IMG/VR virus record: IMGVR_UViG_3300007963_000032
Location: 1 to 29,053 of that record
DNA length: 29,053 nucleotides
Source: a virus
Taxonomy: Duplodnaviria; Caudoviricetes
Strand: one strand, 5' to 3'
The translations under genes were made by a program, and so were the position numbers. Below, in pieces: positions 23,892 to 29,053 of the stretch. The notes below the pieces were generated by a model that searched no databases, was not told the DNA's origin, and saw nothing but the letters and a program-made list of their open reading frames with translations. Within the stretch, counting starts at the first letter, position 1. The number at the start of each line of letters is the position of its first letter.

Positions 23892-24644
23892 TCACTCCGT
23901 GATTTTAGCACATAATTTTGGAACATAATTCTTAGAAGTTATTGAAGTTCCCATCCATAATTTATTGCATACACCTGTGGTTGTATTATCTGATGCTCCA
24001 AATGATTTTGGTAATGTATAACTCCAACTTCCAGACGTAATCCTATTGAAAGTGGATGGATTGCCCCAAGAATTCATTTGACCCATTCCTATTTGACCTG
24101 TTGGGTATGGACAATTATTGTGCCATATTTTTGGCTTATTGCTATTAGCACTTGAATTTGTTTGAACCCAACCTACCATATATTGTTCTCCTCTTGTAAC
24201 TGTTGGCGCACTAATGCTACTCCCATCTGCATCTTTCCAAGAAGTGTTACCAAACAAAGCCGCACTTGAACAGGCGGATAAATCTATGTCCACATAATAC
24301 TGTAATTCGTTACATTCACCATTAGCATCTATGTCATATAATCCGCCTCTAAGAACAGCATTGGTTGAAGTATTTGCCGTTGAAATAGCGGCATAAAGTC
24401 CTGTCAAAGTTCCTGTCTTTGGGATTATCCACATATAGTAAAATCCATATCCACTTCCAAAAAACTCAGCATCAAAGTCTTTAGCAGTATTAGATGTTCC
24501 CCAACTATTACTCATAATGTAAAAATTAGTGTAGTTATTAGTTTGGTCGCCAACAATCGGCATTCCACTTGTATTACCACCGCCCCCTGTTCCATCATCT
24601 AATGTTCCATCGCTCTTACTTCTTCTAAACGGTTGTCTACCCAT
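23892..24644 (-). CDS. Virion structural/receptor-binding-like protein
   Basis: Gly/Ser/Thr/Asn-rich beta protein between fibre and chaperone genes. GAGGTGA SD supports the start MGRQ at 24644. Confidence 0.6.
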   Translation of the reverse strand: MGRQPFRRSKSDGTLDDGTGGGGNTSGMPIVGDQTNNYTNFYIMSNSWGTSNTAKDFDAEFFGSGYGFYYMWIIPKTGTLTGLYAAISTANTSTNAVLRGGLYDIDANGECNELQYYVDIDLSACSSAALFGNTSWKDADGSSISAPTVTRGEQYMVGWVQTNSSANSNKPKIWHNNCPYPTGQIGMGQMNSWGNPSTFNRITSGSWSYTLPKSFGASDNTTTGVCNKLWMGTSITSKNYVPKLCAKITE

Positions 24645-24654
24645 ATTATTCACC

Positions 24655-27369
24655 TCATGTATTATTTTGCATTGTTACCGCATAAAATGTAGCGGTTAAG
24701 GTAGCAGTGCTACTTTGAGTATGTTTGTATCTAATTCTAATAGTATCATCTGATGAATCATAATCAGCCTCTAACTGTCCTATTCTATTTGCTCCACTAG
24801 AGTAAATTATAGCCCATTCTGTGTAGTTAACTTCACGAACAGTAGTTCCTAATACTGTTTTTTCTATTCCCTGAACTAATGCCTTGAAAGACTCTACATT
24901 GTTATTTGTTTCATCCTGTATTTGAACGGTTAATTCAATAGTTTGTAATCCGCTTGCACCACTTTCAGCATCTAAATCACAATTCATTAGTTCAATATAA
25001 CCATCACTTGCTACTGATTGATTACTAATTTCACCTGCAACTACACCTGCTTCATTGTTAGCACCAAAATATATTCCTGATGTTGTTCCACTAGTTCCTG
25101 AACCTATTGTTACGTCTGTAATAGTTTCAAAGGATGATTCTATTGCAGCACCATTGTTTGTTAAACCATTAGGGAAATCAACAACACCTGTTGAATCACT
25201 AGTCATCCATACAGGAGAACCATCACCTGAACTTATTGATAATTGGTCTGAGGCTGTTGCATCTGCTACATCGGCTTTTCCTATTACAACATTGTTTGAG
25301 CCTGATGAAATTGAATCCCCTGATTGGTAACCGATGGCGATATTCTTAGAACCATCTCTAACATTATCTAATGCTTCATAACCAAAACCAGCATTACCTG
25401 TTCCAGAACTTACTAAATATCCTGATTTATAACCTGTAAATGTATTGTTAGCCCCACTAATAGCACCAACACCCCCATACATTGATTGTGTGCCTATTGC
25501 GGTATTACCTGCACCTGCACCTGCACCCATAGTTGAGCGTAATGCTTGATAACCTACTGCAACAGAATAAGCACCTGTTTGATTATAGGCAGTTACAGCC
25601 CCAACATAAGTTGAATTAGTCCCACCTTTGTAACCTGCTTGATAACCAACTGCTACTGTATAATCGTGAACAGTAGGAGTATTACCCCAAAAGAACCCTG
25701 CTTCACAACCTATTGCGGTAGTCATATCCATATCACCACCAAAGTATGCAACATTTCTTCCAACTGCTACATTGAAGTTACCTGTAATACTCTTACCTGC
25801 ATTCATCCCTATGCCTGTATTATGTGTTCCAGTTGCTCCATTACCTGAATGATAACCTACATAGGTGCATTCTATTTGACTTGTTAAAGCATTGGCTGAT
25901 TCATAGCCTATTGCAGTTAGGTTGTTAGAACTGGTTACTGCTGTCCCCGCATTATGTCCTACGGCAGTTAGGTTACTATGAGTTGTTATAGCGTCTAAGG
26001 AATTCGCACCGATAGCGACATTTCTTGAGCCTGTTGTATTGGCTTCTAATGATTTATAACCTACACCTACGTTATAATCGCCTGTTGTAATTGCTTCTAT
26101 TGCTTCTACACCTATACTTACGTTGTAACTAGCAGCACTACTATTACCATTAGAACCATACATGGCCTTTTTACCAATAGCGACATTAGAGCCGCCATTT
26201 GCTTGAAAACCATATCTTGCAGCATCAGTGCCAATTGCTACATTGTAAGCCCCCGTAGCACTTTGTCCATAAGCACCACCCATTGATTGATTACCAATAG
26301 AGATATTATTTGTTTCTGTGGAGGCTCGTTCTAAGGCATTTACTCCGATGGCGATATTACTTCCACCTGTTGTGATATACTGACCTGCATTCACACCAAT
26401 CAGTGTATTGCTTGCACCTGTGGTATAAGAGAAGCCAGCCGATTTACCGACCATTGTATTATTTGCTCCTGATGCGCTACCACTTGTGCCTTCTCCGGCA
26501 TTAGCACCAATCATTGTATTACTTACACCTGTTCCATATCTTAATGCCTGATAACCTACGGCTGTATTGTCATTACTGTCTAAGGTGCTACCTGCTCTTG
26601 CCCCAATTAGAGTGTTATTATCTGCAACCGTTACAGCATAACCAGCATTAACACCAAACGCTATATTTTGGTGTCCTTGTCCATCAGTTATGGAATATAG
26701 TGCATTAAGACCTAATCCTATACTAAAGTTATCACTTGTTTTACCATCTGATAACCCATCAATATCAGAAGCACCACCACTTACTGCTTCCCAAGCAACG
26801 CCTGAACCTGTTGAAGTTAGAACATCACCATCAGAACCTTGACCACCGGAGATAAGTATGTTAGTAGTATCTATTGATAATCCCCCACCTAGAACATTAG
26901 TTGAGGGATTGTATTTGAATTGGTCATCAAACCACATCTCCTGACCTATTCCTAATCCATCATTCATAAATGCAACATATTGGTTGCCTGATGCACCTGC
27001 ATTAGTTTGCACTTTACCTGCTGTTAAGTTGGCGGCTGTTCCTGTTGCGTTAGTAAGAACTATTGCTGATGGTGTTCCCAAATTAGGAGTTGTCAGAGTT
27101 TTGTTCGTGAGTGTTTGAGTCCCTGTTAATGTAACATCACCCGCAGTAACCCAACCAAGATTACCACTACCATCAGTCTTCAACGCTTGACCAGTTGAAC
27201 CATCGGCAGCAGGTAACACCCATATCTTATCAGCAGATAAAGCAGGGGCTTCAAACCCAACATAGTTAGCCCCTTCGTAAAATCGGAGTTCCTTGTTGTC
27301 TCCCCTAAGAGAAACGTTGCCGTCTCTTACGAGTAATCCCTTTCTTACTGTAAAATCACTATCTGTCAT
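24655..27369 (-). CDS. Tail fibre/adhesin with ~14-residue N(T/V)A(I/V)Gxx(A/S) repeats
   Basis: Fibre motifs (LPAADGSTGQALKTDGSGNLGW, QTLTNKTLT) and many tandem NxAxG repeats (trimeric beta-roll type). Confidence 0.85.
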   Translation of the reverse strand: MTDSDFTVRKGLLVRDGNVSLRGDNKELRFYEGANYVGFEAPALSADKIWVLPAADGSTGQALKTDGSGNLGWVTAGDVTLTGTQTLTNKTLTTPNLGTPSAIVLTNATGTAANLTAGKVQTNAGASGNQYVAFMNDGLGIGQEMWFDDQFKYNPSTNVLGGGLSIDTTNILISGGQGSDGDVLTSTGSGVAWEAVSGGASDIDGLSDGKTSDNFSIGLGLNALYSITDGQGHQNIAFGVNAGYAVTVADNNTLIGARAGSTLDSNDNTAVGYQALRYGTGVSNTMIGANAGEGTSGSASGANNTMVGKSAGFSYTTGASNTLIGVNAGQYITTGGSNIAIGVNALERASTETNNISIGNQSMGGAYGQSATGAYNVAIGTDAARYGFQANGGSNVAIGKKAMYGSNGNSSAASYNVSIGVEAIEAITTGDYNVGVGYKSLEANTTGSRNVAIGANSLDAITTHSNLTAVGHNAGTAVTSSNNLTAIGYESANALTSQIECTYVGYHSGNGATGTHNTGIGMNAGKSITGNFNVAVGRNVAYFGGDMDMTTAIGCEAGFFWGNTPTVHDYTVAVGYQAGYKGGTNSTYVGAVTAYNQTGAYSVAVGYQALRSTMGAGAGAGNTAIGTQSMYGGVGAISGANNTFTGYKSGYLVSSGTGNAGFGYEALDNVRDGSKNIAIGYQSGDSISSGSNNVVIGKADVADATASDQLSISSGDGSPVWMTSDSTGVVDFPNGLTNNGAAIESSFETITDVTIGSGTSGTTSGIYFGANNEAGVVAGEISNQSVASDGYIELMNCDLDAESGASGLQTIELTVQIQDETNNNVESFKALVQGIEKTVLGTTVREVNYTEWAIIYSSGANRIGQLEADYDSSDDTIRIRYKHTQSSTATLTATFYAVTMQNNT

Positions 27370-27379
27370 TTACCTTCAC

Positions 27380-27401
27380 CATAACTTCACTGTCCATTAT
27401 G
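27380..27401 (-). promoter_or_regulatory. Small hairpin with GGACAGTGAA loop at the fibre gene RBS
   Basis: Minus strand CATAAT-GGACAGTGAA-GTTATG, running into GGTGAAGGTAAATG. Confidence 0.4.
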
Positions 27402-27430
27402 TGTTGTTCCTCGCACCCCATACTAGTTTA

Positions 27431-29053
27431 TCAGACTTCGGGGAATAACGTCAAATCCCACCACACTCTCAATGAGTTTGTTGTAGAAGTTCCCATTTTA
27501 TTGATTATCTTCAGTGGCATATCACTTGTTGATACCTCATCCCATGCTACATAGAATGGCATATCATCAGACCCTTCATACACAACACCGTATGATATGA
27601 AATCATACATGCCATTACCATTACTATCATTGGCAATGAAATCTTGAGTCATGACGAAGTTATTACTAGATAATCCAGCATCAATGTGTATTGTTCCGCG
27701 TATTCCTCTGTAACTACAATTAGAGTTCTGAACTGAGCCAGTAGGTAATACAGTAACAGAGATAGCAGAACCATCACCCACACTTCCAAAGGTAGTGCCA
27801 CTTCCTTGAATTTTAGTTATCCCATGTTCTTGAGCATATGTAGCATTAGCATTTTGAGGACTACCCGTATCAGGAGCATCAGTTATAACGGCACTTCCTC
27901 TTCTACTTAACAGGTTATTCATAGAAATAAAGCCAGTTCCATGAGGGGCTAGAACTAAATTTCCATTACTTGCAGTTGCTAGAGAAAGCGAACCAGTAGC
28001 ATTAATCGAAGGAACACTTAGAGCCGAAGAAGCAGATATTGTAGTAGCAGCAACCTGTGTTGCCGTGACCTTACCACTACCACTTACATTAGCATCGAAT
28101 GTTGCTGTTAGGAAGTTTGCACGAACCTCTCCTATATCGGGTCTGTATGTGAAATTACCAGTATCATCTAATAGAGCGTTTGACTCATCATGGAAAACTA
28201 CTGGAAATACAGTGCTTGTGTTGTTATCAGTAACAGTAGTGGTTGTTGCTAGAGTGGCAGTCGCCGCATTTCCTGTTATGTTAAGTGGGGGAGTGTAAGT
28301 GAATACACCATTGCTGTCATTGTATGCTATTCCTCCATCACCTGAAGCACTTGCCTCTGAGCCAACAGATAAAGCAGTTAATGCTATTCCTGTTGCTGAT
28401 TGAGCAGCCCAAGTAAATGACCCATCTGCATCAGAAGAAAGAACATAACCACTTGTTCCATTTCCGCTAACATTTAATTCAGCCGCGCCAACTGAGTTAT
28501 CAGTTATCTGTGCTGCCCCTACCGCATCTAATGCTGCTAAATTACCGTAATCTAAGATGGTCTTTACAGCAGCAACATCGGCGGCAGTGATTAGCCCAAC
28601 CATAGGAACAGAGGTAGCCCCAGTTCCTCCCAGTGCAACAGGCACAGTTCCCGCAGTTATTTCCTGACCTGATATACTGAGATAATTACTAGTAACATTT
28701 GCCAAAGAAACTGCATCATGTAATTCACTTGTTAGTGCTATTGTTCCTGATGATGAAGGTAAATCAATAGTTACATCAGCGTTAGAAGGGTCTTGCGCTC
28801 GCAGTATTACTTCTCCATCATCACCACTACTATTATCACCACCCACATTAGTTGCGAAGAATGATATTTTGTTATCTTCGGTAATTCTAATAGTTTCGTT
28901 GTGATAAATAGTATCTCCTGTTACTGTTAGATTACCTCCAACAGAAACATGACCTGCAAATGTAGCAGTATCATCAGTTTGATTTCCTATTGTAAAGTTA
29001 CCACCTAAATCTGAGTTTAATAATCCAATTATTTCAGTAGCAGTTTGGTCTGC
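27431..29053 (-). CDS. Tail fibre protein (5' partial)
   Basis: The frame stays open from 28846 to the window end (ADQTATEIIG...VGGNLTVTG). Fibre motifs TIDLPSSSGTIALT, VALGGTGATS, ITGNAATATLA. Confidence 0.85.
   Translation of the reverse strand, partial: ADQTATEIIGLLNSDLGGNFTIGNQTDDTATFAGHVSVGGNLTVTGDTIYHNETIRITEDNKISFFATNVGGDNSSGDDGEVILRAQDPSNADVTIDLPSSSGTIALTSELHDAVSLANVTSNYLSISGQEITAGTVPVALGGTGATSVPMVGLITAADVAAVKTILDYGNLAALDAVGAAQITDNSVGAAELNVSGNGTSGYVLSSDADGSFTWAAQSATGIALTALSVGSEASASGDGGIAYNDSNGVFTYTPPLNITGNAATATLATTTTVTDNNTSTVFPVVFHDESNALLDDTGNFTYRPDIGEVRANFLTATFDANVSGSGKVTATQVAATTISASSALSVPSINATGSLSLATASNGNLVLAPHGTGFISMNNLLSRRGSAVITDAPDTGSPQNANATYAQEHGITKIQGSGTTFGSVGDGSAISVTVLPTGSVQNSNCSYRGIRGTIHIDAGLSSNNFVMTQDFIANDSNGNGMYDFISYGVVYEGSDDMPFYVAWDEVSTSDMPLKIINKMGTSTTNSLRVWWDLTLFPEV

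Larger units (their letters stand above)
1..29053. mobile_element. Segment of a tailed archaeal virus genome (probable magrovirus, MGII/Poseidoniales host)
   Basis: Archaeal-type replication genes (RFC, PCNA, PolB, AEP-PriL primase, XPF, ATP ligase) packed with overlapping stop/start codons and converging on tail fibre genes. GGAGG/GGTGA Shine-Dalgarno (SD) motifs. No cellular housekeeping genes. Confidence 0.85.

Noticed and set aside
25055-28298. Plus-strand ORFs within the tail genes
   Set aside because: Antisense shadows of the fibre genes.
23892-29053. Diversity-generating retroelement target in the fibre genes
   Set aside because: No reverse transcriptase or template/variable repeat pair was noticed within the window.

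Overview
The window is a segment of a tailed archaeal virus (Caudoviricetes) genome, most likely a magrovirus infecting Marine Group II Euryarchaeota (Poseidoniales). The host is inferred from gene content, not from a search. The + strand (1 to about 23.1 kb) is an almost gap-free, translationally coupled gene run. It opens with an accessory region (thioredoxin, many Zn-finger microproteins, an intact JAB/JAMM metalloprotease, a lipoprotein, a PC4-like protein). A near-complete archaeal-type replisome follows: ATP-dependent ligase, degenerate RFC-L, RFC-S, RPA-like SSB, Sak4/RadA-like ATPase, PCNA, split PolB, Cas4-like nuclease, fused PriS-PriL primase, XPF/Hef nuclease, MCM-like ATPase and a DEDD exonuclease. 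The - strand (about 23.15 kb to the end) carries tail fibre and fibre-chaperone genes. Most notable: (i) PolB is split cleanly between motifs B and C with three small membrane-protein genes between the halves and a YGHTDS motif C; (ii) a chain of 25-27 aa micro-ORFs lies in the apparent intergenic gap, next to a cluster of TAATAGRG palindromes; (iii) a catalytically eroded LAGLIDADG protein heads the replication block; (iv) there is a standalone viral JAB and a TFS-like Zn ribbon; (v) G-U-containing hairpins sit in the few spacers. Many ORFs under 60 aa, absent from the supplied track, were translated by hand.
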